Source: Omnitrophica WOR_2 bacterium RIFOXYA2_FULL_38_17 (GTDB taxonomy: Bacteria; Omnitrophota; Gorgyraeia; Zapsychrales; Zapsychraceae). Taken from it: a DNA stretch of 64,000 nucleotides. The stretch's first letter is position 1. Each line of letters begins with the position of its first letter. The translations under genes and the position numbers were made by a program. The stretch lies in the NCBI GenBank assembly GCA_001805965.1, contig MHHG01000057.1, positions 13,514 through 77,513 of the forward strand. Reading direction: 5' to 3'. The notes under the pieces were generated by a model, which made no database searches, was not told the origin of the DNA, and saw only the letters and a list, made by a program, of their open reading frames with translations. Shown in pieces: positions 9,507-22,116 of this stretch.

Positions 9507-10340
9507 CTAAGAACGATTCAAAGATTTGCCGCAATATTTGCAATATAAGGCATCTTTGTCATGGCTAAAAGCAGCACAGCTACTGCATTGCTTTCTGGAT
9601 TCTGAAGGGGTTTTGATCATATCAACGGTTACAATTCCGGCAGGAATAACAATAATACTATACCCTAAAAGCATAACTACGGCCGCCAATGCCTGGCCCA
9701 AAGCTGTTTTAGGGGAAATATCACCATAACCAACAGTTGTCAGCGTAACAATTGCCCAATAAATGCTGCGGGGAATGCTGGTAAACCCATTTACAGGCCC
9801 TTCCACAACATACATAAGCGAGCCCAAAACAATTACAATAGTAAGAACGGTAAAAACAAATATCATTATCTTACAAAAACTGACACGCAAGGCCTGAGTC
9901 AGGATTTTTACTTCTTCCATATAAGTAGCCAGCATAAGAACCCTGAATACCCTAAGCATTCTTAAATAGCGTATCGCCAGCAAATATCGCGTCCCCGGTA
10001 AAAATACATTAAGGTACGTTGGGATGATACCCAGAATATCTACGATCCCAAAGAAACTGCCGGCATATTTGGATGGGTTTTTGAAGGAATTAAGCCTAAC
10101 GATATAATCAATTGTAAAAAGAACTGTAAAGAACCACTCAACAGCATGCAGAATATTCCCGTAAGACCTATTAATTGCCGAGACACTATCAAGCATTACA
10201 GCAAAAACACTGATAACCACTGTAACAATCAGCAAAACATCATAAGCTTTACCTGCTGGAGTATCAGTTTCAAATATAATCTTTCGTATTTGTTCTTTGT
10301 TCAGCATAATGTAAAAAACCTTCTTTAAAAACATTAACAC
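9507..10340 (-). CDS. Voltage-gated potassium channel / ion transporter
   Basis: TTVGYGD selectivity filter; Arg-rich S4 (IRYLRMLRVFRV); C-terminal CxxC...CxxC. Confidence 0.93.
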   Translation of the reverse strand: MLMFLKKVFYIMLNKEQIRKIIFETDTPAGKAYDVLLIVTVVISVFAVMLDSVSAINRSYGNILHAVEWFFTVLFTIDYIVRLNSFKNPSKYAGSFFGIVDILGIIPTYLNVFLPGTRYLLAIRYLRMLRVFRVLMLATYMEEVKILTQALRVSFCKIMIFVFTVLTIVIVLGSLMYVVEGPVNGFTSIPRSIYWAIVTLTTVGYGDISPKTALGQALAAVVMLLGYSIIVIPAGIVTVDMIKTPSESRKQCSSCAAFSHDKDALYCKYCGKSLNRS

Positions 10341-10400
10341 TAGTAAACTGGCTGGACAATATTTATTTAAGCAATTAAAAAAAGATCTTTGTCGCCTGAA

Positions 10401-10838
10401 CTACTCACCAATATCTTCATTCCACAGCTGTTGGCTGTTTTTTATAAACATCGCCATAAGCTCGCGGCATTCCTGGTTATCAGCGACCTCAACTTCTACG
10501 CCCCGCGACCTCATATAATCTTCAGGACCCTGAAATGTTCTGTTCTCTCCAATAACTATCTTTGGTATCCCGTATAGAAGCGCTGCCCCGCTGCACATAT
10601 CACATGGCGACAAAGTTGAGTACAATGTTGCTTTACGATAATCTGACGCTTTCATCCTGCCCGCATTTTCCAAACAATCCATTTCTGCGTGCAATATCGG
10701 GCTGCCTTTCTGAACCCTCCGGTTGTGGCCGCACCCAACTATTTTGCCATCAATAACAAGTACCGATCCAATAGGAATACCACCCTCTGCCATCCCTTTT
10801 TTCGCTTCATCAATTGCAGCTTCTAAGAATTTATCCAT
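10401..10838 (-). CDS. Zinc-dependent cytosine/nucleoside deaminase
   Basis: HAE and PCDMC motifs; EGGIPIGSVL and WNEDIGE like yeast-type cytosine deaminase. Confidence 0.9.
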   Translation of the reverse strand: MDKFLEAAIDEAKKGMAEGGIPIGSVLVIDGKIVGCGHNRRVQKGSPILHAEMDCLENAGRMKASDYRKATLYSTLSPCDMCSGAALLYGIPKIVIGENRTFQGPEDYMRSRGVEVEVADNQECRELMAMFIKNSQQLWNEDIGE

Positions 10839-10859
10839 ATTTTCTCCCTTTAAAACACA

Positions 10860-12083
10860 TTAAAGATCTTTTTTATCATTATTATTCAAAAATTCTCTTA
10901 TTTTGTATATGTATTGAGCATCATCTATTGTTGTATAATGTTCGCCGCTATCCACTAGATACAACTGTTTATTTGCGCTGCCATTACCATACAGGGATAG
11001 TGCCTCCTGACTTGGGATCAGCACATCTTTTTTTCCATGAATTATTAACCATGGAATCTTGATCTTATCGGAAATCCTTAGGGGCGATGAATTATCAACA
11101 TTAAATCCCAATTCCAAATTGACAAATGCTAAGCCCAGGACTTTTATCCTTTCTCTTAAAAATACAGGCACAAAAACCATTCTCTCAACAAACTTGTCAG
11201 CCATAATATCAATACTTGCAAAGCTTGAATCCGTGATAATCTTATCAAAGCAAGCGCCATCACTAACGGCTTGAATCAATGCCGCCCCTCCAAATGAAAC
11301 CCCATAGCCCACAATATTCTCTGCCAGGAATTTCTTTTCTTTGTTCAAATAATCAAACGCAGCTCGAATATCATATTTTTCTTTATACCCAAACGAAATT
11401 GTATGTCCGCCACTTTCTCCGTGGCCTCTAAAATCAAATATTAATACGTTATAGTTCAGTGAATGCCACAATTCAACCAAACTGAGAAAATTGGATTTAT
11501 TAGCCCCCAAGCCATGGCCTATTACGACAGCTTTGTTGCTATTTTTATTTGGAATGAACCAGCCTTTAAGGACTAAACCATCTTGCGTTCTTAACGAAAC
11601 TTTTTCCTGTTCAAGCATATATAATGTTTGAGGATCATACTTATCGCCAATCTTAGGACGATGTATACTAAAAGTAGCAAGCATATAAGGAAAGAGCATG
11701 CAAGTCCAAAGCACGGTGACTGTTATAAAATATACCAGTTTCTTGATTTTCAGATCAATGATCTTCTTGGACATGCCATTAGCTATCTTTTTAAATGATG
11801 ATCTCATTAGAAAAAGCATAATGGAAACAGAAGAAAAGAAATATAGATAGGCTATGACTTCTTTAAAAATCACCCTGCCCTGCATTATATAGCTGAGATA
11901 TATATTAATGAAGACAACAAGAACAAAATATGTGCCGATTTTTATAAGAATATTTTTTACAAGAACCTTGTCGATCATGTTTCTTCGGAAGAAAAACAAG
12001 TAAGCAGCACTAATTATTGGAAGGAAAAGATAAAACAATTCTGAAGGATATAAATTGAGCAAGTTTTTTATTGATCCAAGCAA
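10860..12083 (-). CDS. Membrane-anchored alpha/beta hydrolase
   Basis: Four N-terminal TMs, HGLG, FDFRGHGES, GVSFG nucleophile, IIHGKKD, C-terminal His. Confidence 0.88.
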   Translation of the reverse strand: MLGSIKNLLNLYPSELFYLFLPIISAAYLFFFRRNMIDKVLVKNILIKIGTYFVLVVFINIYLSYIMQGRVIFKEVIAYLYFFSSVSIMLFLMRSSFKKIANGMSKKIIDLKIKKLVYFITVTVLWTCMLFPYMLATFSIHRPKIGDKYDPQTLYMLEQEKVSLRTQDGLVLKGWFIPNKNSNKAVVIGHGLGANKSNFLSLVELWHSLNYNVLIFDFRGHGESGGHTISFGYKEKYDIRAAFDYLNKEKKFLAENIVGYGVSFGGAALIQAVSDGACFDKIITDSSFASIDIMADKFVERMVFVPVFLRERIKVLGLAFVNLELGFNVDNSSPLRISDKIKIPWLIIHGKKDVLIPSQEALSLYGNGSANKQLYLVDSGEHYTTIDDAQYIYKIREFLNNNDKKDL

Positions 12084-12119
12084 TCCTTTTTCCCTTAAGA
12101 ATTATCACAAAGACCTTTT

Positions 12120-13727
12120 TTATTTCCGGCCTTTATCTTTTTTTGCTTTCACAAAAACTAAATCCTGTGTCTTTCCCCTAGCCTTGCCCTTTTTAAAAAA
12201 GGACAACACGATTTCAGCCTCATTAAATGGAAGCGTGATAAACGAGAATTTATCAAGTATCAATACATCCCTGATCTTTTCAGGCAATATATTGCATTTT
12301 TCATTAATGATCTCAATTAATTTCTTGGCAGTAAGACCGTCCCCTTTTCCGCGAGGGACAAAAAGCCGGGTCTTGCCCTTCATGTCAACTACAGCATCTT
12401 CGAACTCGGTATAATTATTAACATCCAGGTCATCCTGAAAAGAGTGCTGCAAAAGCGCCGCCAGAATATCTTCAGGGGAATTATCTTTTAATAGATCAAG
12501 TGACATTTCACGGTATTTTTCCAAAGGCGATGTTTTAATAATATTTTCAAGCTTGGTTTTTATCCTTAATTGTTTAGTCTTTATAATATCTTGTATCTTA
12601 GGAAGCTTTGCTTTCTTGATTTCAGCCTTTGTTCTCTTTGTGATAACCTGAAGCTTTCGATACTCAGACGGAGTGATAAAAGTAACCGCATTACCTGTCT
12701 TGCCTGCGCGCCCGGTTCTTCCTATACGATGGACATAAGCCTCGGGATCATGAGGAAGGGCATAATTAATTACATGGGTAAGATCATTAACGTCTAACCC
12801 GCGCGCCGCAACATCCGTTGCGACTAAAATAGTAATTGTTTTTTTCTTAAATTTACTAAGGATCCTTTCTCTTGAACCCTGAGACATATCACCGTGTAAA
12901 GCATCGGCATCATACCCTCGTTCCTGCAGCTGATGGGAAACAGAATCAACATCCACTTTTGTTTTGCAAAAAACAAGGCCGTAAAATTCATCTTCAATAT
13001 CAATGATCCTGCAAAGTGTTTCAAATTTATCATTCTTATGAACTTCAAAATAGATCTGATCAACTGTACTGACTGTCATCTGTGCCTTCTTGATCTTGAT
13101 AACATCATAATCGGGCATATAAGTCCTTGCTATCCTTAAGATCTCATCCGGAATTGTTGCTGAAAACAGCATCGTCCTTTTATTTTCAGGAGTCTGCTTA
13201 AGAATTGCGCCAACCTCTTCCAAAAATCCCATGTTCAGCATCTCATCAGCTTCGTCTAAAACCATATAAGATATCTTGTCTATTTTTAAAGTGCCCCGCT
13301 TTAAATGATCTAAAACACGACCGGGAGTACCGACAACAATATCAACGCCTTTCCTTAATTGACGTAACTGCAGAGAAATGGACTGGCCACCATAGATCGG
13401 CACAATATTAAATCTTTTTTTCCCTTTTAATGAATTGATCTCTTCTGCAACCTGAATTGCAAGCTCGCGAGTAGGCGTAAGGATAAGCACCTGAACATTG
13501 CGTAATTTTTCAGACATTCTCTCGAGTATTGGTATCCCAAAAGCAGCTGTTTTTCCAGTACCGGTTTGTGCCTGGGCAATAATATCCCTATCGCCCTTAA
13601 GCAACGCGGGAATGCATTTTTCCTGAATTGGAGTCGGGGCCTCAAACCCTTTTTTTTCCAAGACCTTAAGCATCTCGGATGATACACCTAAACTTTTAAA
13701 TATTTCCATTTTTTCCTCATTAACCAT
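12120..13727 (-). CDS. DEAD-box RNA helicase (DeaD/CshA-like) with DbpA-type C-terminal domain
   Basis: Q motif, AQTGTGKT, PTRELA, DEAD, SAT, HRIGRTGR. Confidence 0.95.
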   Translation of the reverse strand: MVNEEKMEIFKSLGVSSEMLKVLEKKGFEAPTPIQEKCIPALLKGDRDIIAQAQTGTGKTAAFGIPILERMSEKLRNVQVLILTPTRELAIQVAEEINSLKGKKRFNIVPIYGGQSISLQLRQLRKGVDIVVGTPGRVLDHLKRGTLKIDKISYMVLDEADEMLNMGFLEEVGAILKQTPENKRTMLFSATIPDEILRIARTYMPDYDVIKIKKAQMTVSTVDQIYFEVHKNDKFETLCRIIDIEDEFYGLVFCKTKVDVDSVSHQLQERGYDADALHGDMSQGSRERILSKFKKKTITILVATDVAARGLDVNDLTHVINYALPHDPEAYVHRIGRTGRAGKTGNAVTFITPSEYRKLQVITKRTKAEIKKAKLPKIQDIIKTKQLRIKTKLENIIKTSPLEKYREMSLDLLKDNSPEDILAALLQHSFQDDLDVNNYTEFEDAVVDMKGKTRLFVPRGKGDGLTAKKLIEIINEKCNILPEKIRDVLILDKFSFITLPFNEAEIVLSFFKKGKARGKTQDLVFVKAKKDKGRK

Positions 13728-13980
13728 AAATATATTATTATTGATTTATATTGATGCCAAAACCATCTAGTACCAAGGTTCAAAGATTAGAATAGTTCCC
13801 GTATAAATTTAACTGATAGATTATAGACCACATTGTTGTTTTTTACTATAATAAAATATCCGTCAATATAATCACTATTATAAATATAACAACACACATA
13901 TCCAGGATTAAAGTAAACTTATTCTATTCACTATTTATATCCAAGTATAATTACCAAATTATTGTGTGAATTAAAATTAG

Positions 13981-14231
13981 CTAAGCTTTAATACAGTTTT
14001 TTAATATAGATAAGTAAAATCGCATGCAATTTTTTTCAACCTTTTTTGAATACTTTCTTAACATCATCGCAATATCACCTGTCCCGCAGCAGACATCAAG
14101 GAACATTTTTCCACCAGCCCTTGGGCAGCTTTTTTAGGCTCAATCAAATCTAGTCCGAATGTAAGAAAATGTTTAAGAATATCATATGTTTTAGCAACTT
14201 TATTGAATAATTTTTCGATTGGATTTTTCAT
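13981..14231 (-). pseudogene. UbiE/MenG-family methyltransferase remnant (frameshifted, truncated)
   Basis: Frame 1 from ATG 14231: MKNPIEKLFNKVAKTYDILKHFLTFGLD; after a shift, frame 2: GGKMFLDVCCGTGDIAMML, then stop at 13981. Confidence 0.75.
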
Positions 14232-15517
14232 TCATTATTGACAACCTGATCATAGATTAAGTTCCAGTCTACTTCAGTGAAAGGCACTGGTTCTCTGCCT
14301 ATTTTGGCATACTTTAATAAATCCTCTATCAATTCATCCATTCCTTGGGCCCTGATTACAATAAAGTCTATATCTTTTTTCCCTTCGTCATCAATTATAT
14401 CCTTATATCTTTTTTCTAATAAATGACTAAATCCAATTATTATCTTAAGGGGCGCTTTTAGATTATGAGAAACAATATAAGCAAATTGCTCAAGATCATC
14501 ATTTAAAAACTTTAGATTTTCTTCAGTAACCTTACGCTCAGCTATTTCTTTCTGTAAATGTTTTGTTTTTCTCTCAACTTGAATTCGCAAGATAAATATT
14601 AAAAACAAAGCCATGACAAAAACTATCGGGACCATAGCATTGAAAATATATTTTGCAACATCATTAAAAGTTACTTTTAGCTTAAATAAAGGCCTGAACC
14701 ATTTTTCATAAATAGTATCATATGTCCCGTCTGCAATTATAATCGCAAGCCCTTCATTAAGTGTTGCTAACAACTCTTTATCTCCATCTTTTACAGCAAA
14801 AGTAAAATCCTGACGAAAATCATCTATCTGGTTTACAGTAGGAACAATTGATTTAATATTCAGTTCTTTGAGTAATTCTAGGCCCATTAGCTCTTGACAA
14901 ATAACGGCATCATGCTTTCCCGATGCAAGCATCATCATGGCTTTTTCATAAGTCTCAACTGCAACAGTATTAATTTCACCATGCTTGCGAAGCATATATT
15001 CTTCAGCATTATCACCCTTCATAACAATTACTTCTTTATTTACCAAGTCCTTTATCGTTTTGATATGCCTGTCACCTTTTCTCACAAAAATTGCGCCATG
15101 CAGAGTTAAGTATGGAAATGTAAAATCATATATATCTTCGCGTTCTGGAGTACGCCCAACGAGCGGCAAGACCTGAATTTTTCCCAGAGCAAGGTCTTTT
15201 TTGATTTGATCCCAGGAACCTGCTGTAAAATCTACATTTCTGTCAACTGCTTCAAGTGCTGCCCTTAACAGTTCGACAGAAAATCCGTCAGCTTTGCCAT
15301 CTGGATCAATAAAGCAAAAAGGCGGGTATTTATCTTCCGAAGAAGCTTTAATAGTTTCTACGCTAGCATATACTATATGGTGAACATAAATGCACTGCAA
15401 CAATACAAGCAATAGAAGGCCAATAAACAACATGATGAATTTTGTTTGATCGTTGATTCTTTTACATATAATCATGTTTTGTTCCAAAATATGCGGTACT
15501 TTAGTCGGGCCAACCAC
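14228..15517 (-). pseudogene. Sensor histidine kinase (solute-binding sensor + TM + HisKA) truncated before the HATPase domain
   Basis: YPPF..GKADGFSVEL sensor domain; LEQFAYIVSHNLKAPL H-box; ends at VDWNLIYDQVVNNE with no N/G1/F/G2 boxes. Confidence 0.7.
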
Positions 15518-15636
15518 TAATCATGTTCAGTTGAAACACTTATTTAATTACTGCATTTTACTCTCATATATTATTCTTTCAACTGATTTATAGTCAGGCA
15601 TGTTCAATAATCATCTTGGAAAAGAGGGAAAAATAA

Positions 15637-15678
15637 ATAGCGGCAGGAACAAACTAGACAATTTGTCCCTGCCACTAT
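15637..15678 (-). terminator. Long intrinsic-terminator-like hairpin
   Basis: Minus strand AUAGUGGCAGGGACAAA / UUUGUUCCUGCCGCUAU stem followed by U-rich run. Confidence 0.55.
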
Positions 15679-15837
15679 TCATTACTGTTCACAGCCCAAT
15701 CGGATGAAACATAAATCCAGTTCATTTAAGCATATATATTAATTGGTTCGGGCACAACTTCAATTTGCCTGACCAAACAGATTCATATCACAATTAGCGT
15801 CAGACTCTCTTTAGCCTAAAAGGGTCTATCCCTAATT

Positions 15838-16644
15838 CTATTTATGCAAGTGCGCCGTTTTCCTGCTAAATTTAAATTTAAATGCCTCGGGTGGGTCCGG
15901 AATGGTTTTTACATATGCTTTAAATTCTTGATCAATAACCGGAATATCCTGCCCGAAATATTTTTTTAACAACCCTGCCCAATTATCTTTATCTAGCTCC
16001 TGATAAAATTCCCAGAATTTTGGTTCACCTAGCTTATTTGTTGCATACATAATAAATGCAGCAGCTATATTTCCTTCGTCATCATCCTTGTACTTATCCT
16101 GAAAGACCTCATTAAGCGACCAACGTTCTTCGGACACAAGCTTGACTAGCTGATAATACATTATCTGGTAGTCATTGCCTTTAAACCTCTTTCGCTTGCC
16201 TTCTTTAATCCGGCATATCCCCTCTTCAACACGCAAAGGGGCATCAGGGTTCAGTTCATAAAGGAACACGTGCATCATCTCGTGGACAGATGTAAGGCGA
16301 AATTCCTCGCTAAAGCGATAATGCACCTCCCTGTCATTGACCCTTGAAAATCCTTTATTTCTTAATTTTTCATAGAGAAAAACTTTTAATTTTGGGACCT
16401 TATTTATTCTTGGCAAATATTGCTCCGCCACATTAAACGAATATTCATAGATCCGTTTTGCCTCTTCAATGTTCCTATCGGCATAAGAACCTTTTTTGTA
16501 ATAAATAGAAAGATTCTGGGTTTCAGCTACTTCCCAATTATTCATACTGCAGCCGGACATAACCACTATGAATAACCCTATTGACCATATTAATTTTCTA
16601 TGTAGTGTCGGCTTCATATACCTAAAAAGCTCTCCTATCTTCAT
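15838..16644 (-). CDS. Putative lipoprotein, gluzincin-like metallopeptidase
   Basis: Lipobox-like VMSGC; HEMMH followed by RVEEG. Confidence 0.6.
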   Translation of the reverse strand: MKIGELFRYMKPTLHRKLIWSIGLFIVVMSGCSMNNWEVAETQNLSIYYKKGSYADRNIEEAKRIYEYSFNVAEQYLPRINKVPKLKVFLYEKLRNKGFSRVNDREVHYRFSEEFRLTSVHEMMHVFLYELNPDAPLRVEEGICRIKEGKRKRFKGNDYQIMYYQLVKLVSEERWSLNEVFQDKYKDDDEGNIAAAFIMYATNKLGEPKFWEFYQELDKDNWAGLLKKYFGQDIPVIDQEFKAYVKTIPDPPEAFKFKFSRKTAHLHK

Positions 16645-16661
16645 TTTGCACCTCTTTTCCG

Positions 16662-16700
16662 GGGACAGGTACCTATATTATTTAAATAGGTACTTGTCCC
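16662..16700. terminator. Hairpin terminator after the vWA gene
   Basis: gggacaggtacctat / ataggtacttgtccc 15-bp stem. Confidence 0.6.
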
Positions 16701-16720
16701 TTTCTACATCGATCCCATGT

Positions 16721-18789
<2,069 letters not shown>

Positions 18790-18793
<4 letters not shown>

Positions 18794-19368
18794 GATAATT
18801 CCTCCCCGATCAAAGAAGCCAGTTCTTCCCTTAGTCGCTCTTTTGCACGAAAGATAAGCACCTTAACCTTATCCAGAGAACAGTTAAGGATATTACTAAT
18901 CTCAGCGTAGCTGAATCCATGGTACTGCTTCAGGACAATGGCTTCTCTCTGTTCATAGGGAAGTCTCGTTATAGCCTTGCGTACATGATGGGCCCTTTCA
19001 TTTTCCGCAAGTATCTCACGGGAATTTTCTCCCCCGTCAGGAATTTCCCAAGGCTCATATCCGTCATTTCCTTCTGCTGCATACCACAAAGAAACCGTTT
19101 TGTTCCTTTTACGGATACGGTTTATGCATTGATTCCTTGCCACCGTAAAGATCCACGTTGAAAATGTCCTTTTTGAATCATAATAATCTTTATATTTAAC
19201 TACTGCCAGGAACACATCTGAAGCTGCTTCTTCCGCATCTGCCCTGTTACCCAAAAGGCCATAACAGAAGTTGATAATGCGCAGTTTATTACCCTGAAAT
19301 ATGCTTTTCATAGCGTCTTTATCACCATTTTGATAATCCTGCATCAATTGTTCATCACTTCGTTCCAT
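18790..19368 (-). CDS. ECF RNA polymerase sigma factor
   Basis: SDEQLM, DAEEAASDVF, FSTWIFTVARN, LPYEQREAIVL..FSYAEI; start moved to MERSD (19368) because the ECF promoter lies at 19397-19422. Confidence 0.93.
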
Positions 19369-19383
19369 TGGGTATTCCTGACC

Positions 19384-19431
19384 TTTCATAGAGTTATACG
19401 CGGCAAGATCTGAAATGTTACAAAGTTTTTT
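19384..19431 (-). promoter_or_regulatory. ECF promoter copy 1 (TGTAAC-N16-CGTA), in a 48-bp direct repeat
   Basis: Minus strand tgtaac atttcagatcttgccg cgta directly upstream of the ECF gene. Confidence 0.8.
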
Positions 19432-20140
19432 TCTTAATAAGATAAAGATTGGGTTTCCAAGCAATAAAACCAATAAACACGATCACAAAAATCGTAAAGA
19501 TCCATTTTTGCCCTATATCTATAATAAGCTTGTTGTAATACAAGGAATTCCAGCATATGTGAATCATAACCCCGCAGGTAATACTTTTTGTAATATATGT
19601 CACAAAACATAAGAACGCGGAAAAGAAAAGCATAATGAAAAAAACATCAACTCCCTGAGGCAGATGAAAATAGGAGAAAACAAAAGTGACGATTAACGCA
19701 GGCACAACCCATCCCTTAAAATCACGCATCAAAGCATGAAAAAAAAGTCCGCGAAAGAAAAACTCCTCACAAAAAGGGATAAATGCAGCCAAAAACATAA
19801 ATTTTATAATTGGAAGACCTGCTGCCTCTGGGAGTGTCATATCTATAAAAATACGCTGAAAGATCAGAATAAGTCCAAATGAAATTGCAACTGCTCTCAG
19901 AATCATCGGATCATATGTATAATCCAATTTAAAATTAGGCACTGGCCTGAGCTTAAACCATATTAGTGAAGAAGTGAAAACCCATATATTGGGAATAATG
20001 ATCCTAGGCCAGGAAAAAGGACCGCTGTCAACACCTTGAAGGAATTTTACAAAGCTCATATTTATAAATATTATCAGAGCAACATATGCATATTCAAGCA
20101 TATTGCCTATTTTATTATGAATTTTGCTTTGTATCTTCAT
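19418..20140 (-). CDS. CPBP (CAAX/Abi) family intramembrane glutamic endopeptidase
   Basis: PFCEEFFFRG, FSYFH, IHICWN motifs; multiple TMs. Confidence 0.9.
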   Translation of the reverse strand: MKIQSKIHNKIGNMLEYAYVALIIFINMSFVKFLQGVDSGPFSWPRIIIPNIWVFTSSLIWFKLRPVPNFKLDYTYDPMILRAVAISFGLILIFQRIFIDMTLPEAAGLPIIKFMFLAAFIPFCEEFFFRGLFFHALMRDFKGWVVPALIVTFVFSYFHLPQGVDVFFIMLFFSAFLCFVTYITKSITCGVMIHICWNSLYYNKLIIDIGQKWIFTIFVIVFIGFIAWKPNLYLIKKKTL

Positions 20141-20180
20141 TCAACTGACCTCAAACAATAATTGCTACTAGTTTTCTAAT

Positions 20181-20228
20181 TTTCATAGAATTATACGCGG
20201 CAAGATCTGAAATGTTACAAAGTTTTTT
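20181..20228 (-). promoter_or_regulatory. ECF promoter copy 2, 47/48 identical to 19384-19431
   Basis: tttcataga(a/g)ttatacgcggcaagatctgaaatgttacaaagtttttt is repeated. Confidence 0.8.
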
Positions 20229-20355
20229 AATTATGGATAAGCACAACTTTCCCCTCATTAATAAAACGGCTTAGGAAATTAGACAATTCCCATGTTAACA
20301 AGGTCAACATTCACAACTGGGAAATACCTTGATAATTTAACTGCCTAATCCCACA

Positions 20356-21093
20356 TTAAATTAAAACTGTGGTCTTATCGTTAAAAGGATTTGTTCTCAT
20401 GGCAAAAAGAAAAAAATACGGATAATGGGTCTTTGTGTATTGCATGTAGCTAAGCCATTGTTTCATCAGACTGTTATAGCCTCGTTCAATATCACCTTTT
20501 GTATGAACTCTATCCACTTCTGATAGTTTTTTAAGGTCTCGCGCGGATAATTCTTCAGTAATATGAAATATTGCCATTAGCGTTTCAGTAAATGTCTCAT
20601 GTTCCAAAAGGGTAGGATTCTGCAATAAATTAGTAAGGAAACCCCTTTTGCTTTTCAAGAAGGCAGCTAGCTTATTTAGATCAACAGATTCAATATCTAT
20701 CTTTGACTTATATTTCTTCATCAATCGAAAAGCAGGCTTAAGATCAAGGTCACAGCTCCCATCATCACATACGATCCTTTTCTTTATCCTATCCAAGTTC
20801 TGATCAAATGCAGATAAATATCCCAACAACTGTTTTCCAAATTCACTAAAGAATACCTCGATTACCATATTCAATTTCCTCAAATTACTTTTCTTTTCCC
20901 ATTCATTTAGGACTTGATTAATAATAATCGATACTAAAAGCACTTCAATAAAGACAAAAGCAATATCTCCAAGAAGATAAATGAATATATGATGTGCATC
21001 TCTAAAAATCAGATAATGTATATAATAAAAAAGCGCAGATAATGCAATCATAACCACAGAAGCATATATTTTCCAATTAGGTTTTTTTCTCAT
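20356..21093 (-). CDS. Conserved hypothetical membrane protein
   Basis: Two N-terminal TMs; DIAFVFIEVLLV, FFSEFG, NPTLLEHETF, YPYFFLFAMRTNPF. Confidence 0.7.
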   Translation of the reverse strand: MRKKPNWKIYASVVMIALSALFYYIHYLIFRDAHHIFIYLLGDIAFVFIEVLLVSIIINQVLNEWEKKSNLRKLNMVIEVFFSEFGKQLLGYLSAFDQNLDRIKKRIVCDDGSCDLDLKPAFRLMKKYKSKIDIESVDLNKLAAFLKSKRGFLTNLLQNPTLLEHETFTETLMAIFHITEELSARDLKKLSEVDRVHTKGDIERGYNSLMKQWLSYMQYTKTHYPYFFLFAMRTNPFNDKTTVLI

Positions 21094-21181
21094 CTTTATT
21101 CTCCGTCAATAATATGCTGTTTATGAATAATATTAACATCCCACATCTTCATCCAAATCTTATATTTTAGATAAATATCAC

Positions 21182-21970
21182 CTAATTCTTTACTGTTATT
21201 AGAACAAAAATAATTATGCTCAATAAAAGGCTAAAACCTACATGAAACCATTTTATCTCGAATGCCTTCATTCTCATCTTCACAAAATATTTTTGTCCAT
21301 AATGCACAATACTAACACCTAAGAGCAATGTTATAAGGATCAATATTATAAGATCAGAATAGTACATTAATTTTTCCTTCTGAACAAGTGCAGTATTTGC
21401 CAGGATTATTATCGAATAAATAATGACAGGCCCTAAAATAACCGCACATTTCTTCTTCAAGGAACAACTATCGTCTAACCCAAAATATGGCAGGCAATAA
21501 ACAAACAGTATCAAACTAATATAAAGAAAAACACCACCTGCGAGAAACGTAACATATATTGGTACGCCCAAAGAGTTTATTTTTATAACATCCCCTAAAT
21601 TAAAAATAAACGGGCTGACAAAAAGCATTATTGAATTAACGCCTGTTGAAACAAAGCCGATCAGAATAAAAGGAGTTGCCCACGCGCTTCTAAAAAAACG
21701 CAATATAGATAAAACTATTATTATGCCTATTGCTAATCCAAATATTATTCCGCCGCCTGAAATAAGTATTTTATGAAATGTGATGATCGGGGCTGTTACG
21801 TTATAAAGGACTGATCCACCAGACAAAGGGTTAAAATTTATTTTAGGAAAAGACCCGGTGATAAAATACACGAAGATAGAATGTCCGAATTCATGAAGGA
21901 ACAGGGATATGGAAAAGGCAAACACAGAACTACAAAAGAAAAAAATAACTAGTTTTATAAGTCCAGCCAC
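21182..21970 (-). CDS. M50-like membrane metalloprotease
   Basis: HEFGH in a TM segment, later GGG and GD motifs. Confidence 0.65.
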   Translation of the reverse strand: MAGLIKLVIFFFCSSVFAFSISLFLHEFGHSIFVYFITGSFPKINFNPLSGGSVLYNVTAPIITFHKILISGGGIIFGLAIGIIIVLSILRFFRSAWATPFILIGFVSTGVNSIMLFVSPFIFNLGDVIKINSLGVPIYVTFLAGGVFLYISLILFVYCLPYFGLDDSCSLKKKCAVILGPVIIYSIIILANTALVQKEKLMYYSDLIILILITLLLGVSIVHYGQKYFVKMRMKAFEIKWFHVGFSLLLSIIIFVLITVKN

Positions 21971-22061
21971 AAATTCACCTTCCAGAAAAAGAAAAACAGC
22001 TTAATGATAATTTATCCATATTATCATATTAAAAAGCATATCTGTCACTGTTTATTCCCAA

Positions 22062-22092
22062 AAAAGGGGCACGCACATAATGCATGCCCCTT
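22062..22092 (-). terminator. Intrinsic terminator
   Basis: aaggggca / tgcccctt stem with A-tract on plus. Confidence 0.55.
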
Positions 22093-22116
22093 AAACTTCT
22101 TTAAAAAGGCTATACC

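Noticed and set aside
19369-19473. N-terminal extension of the ECF ORF
   Set aside because: Overlaps the CPBP gene and the ECF promoter; internal start preferred.
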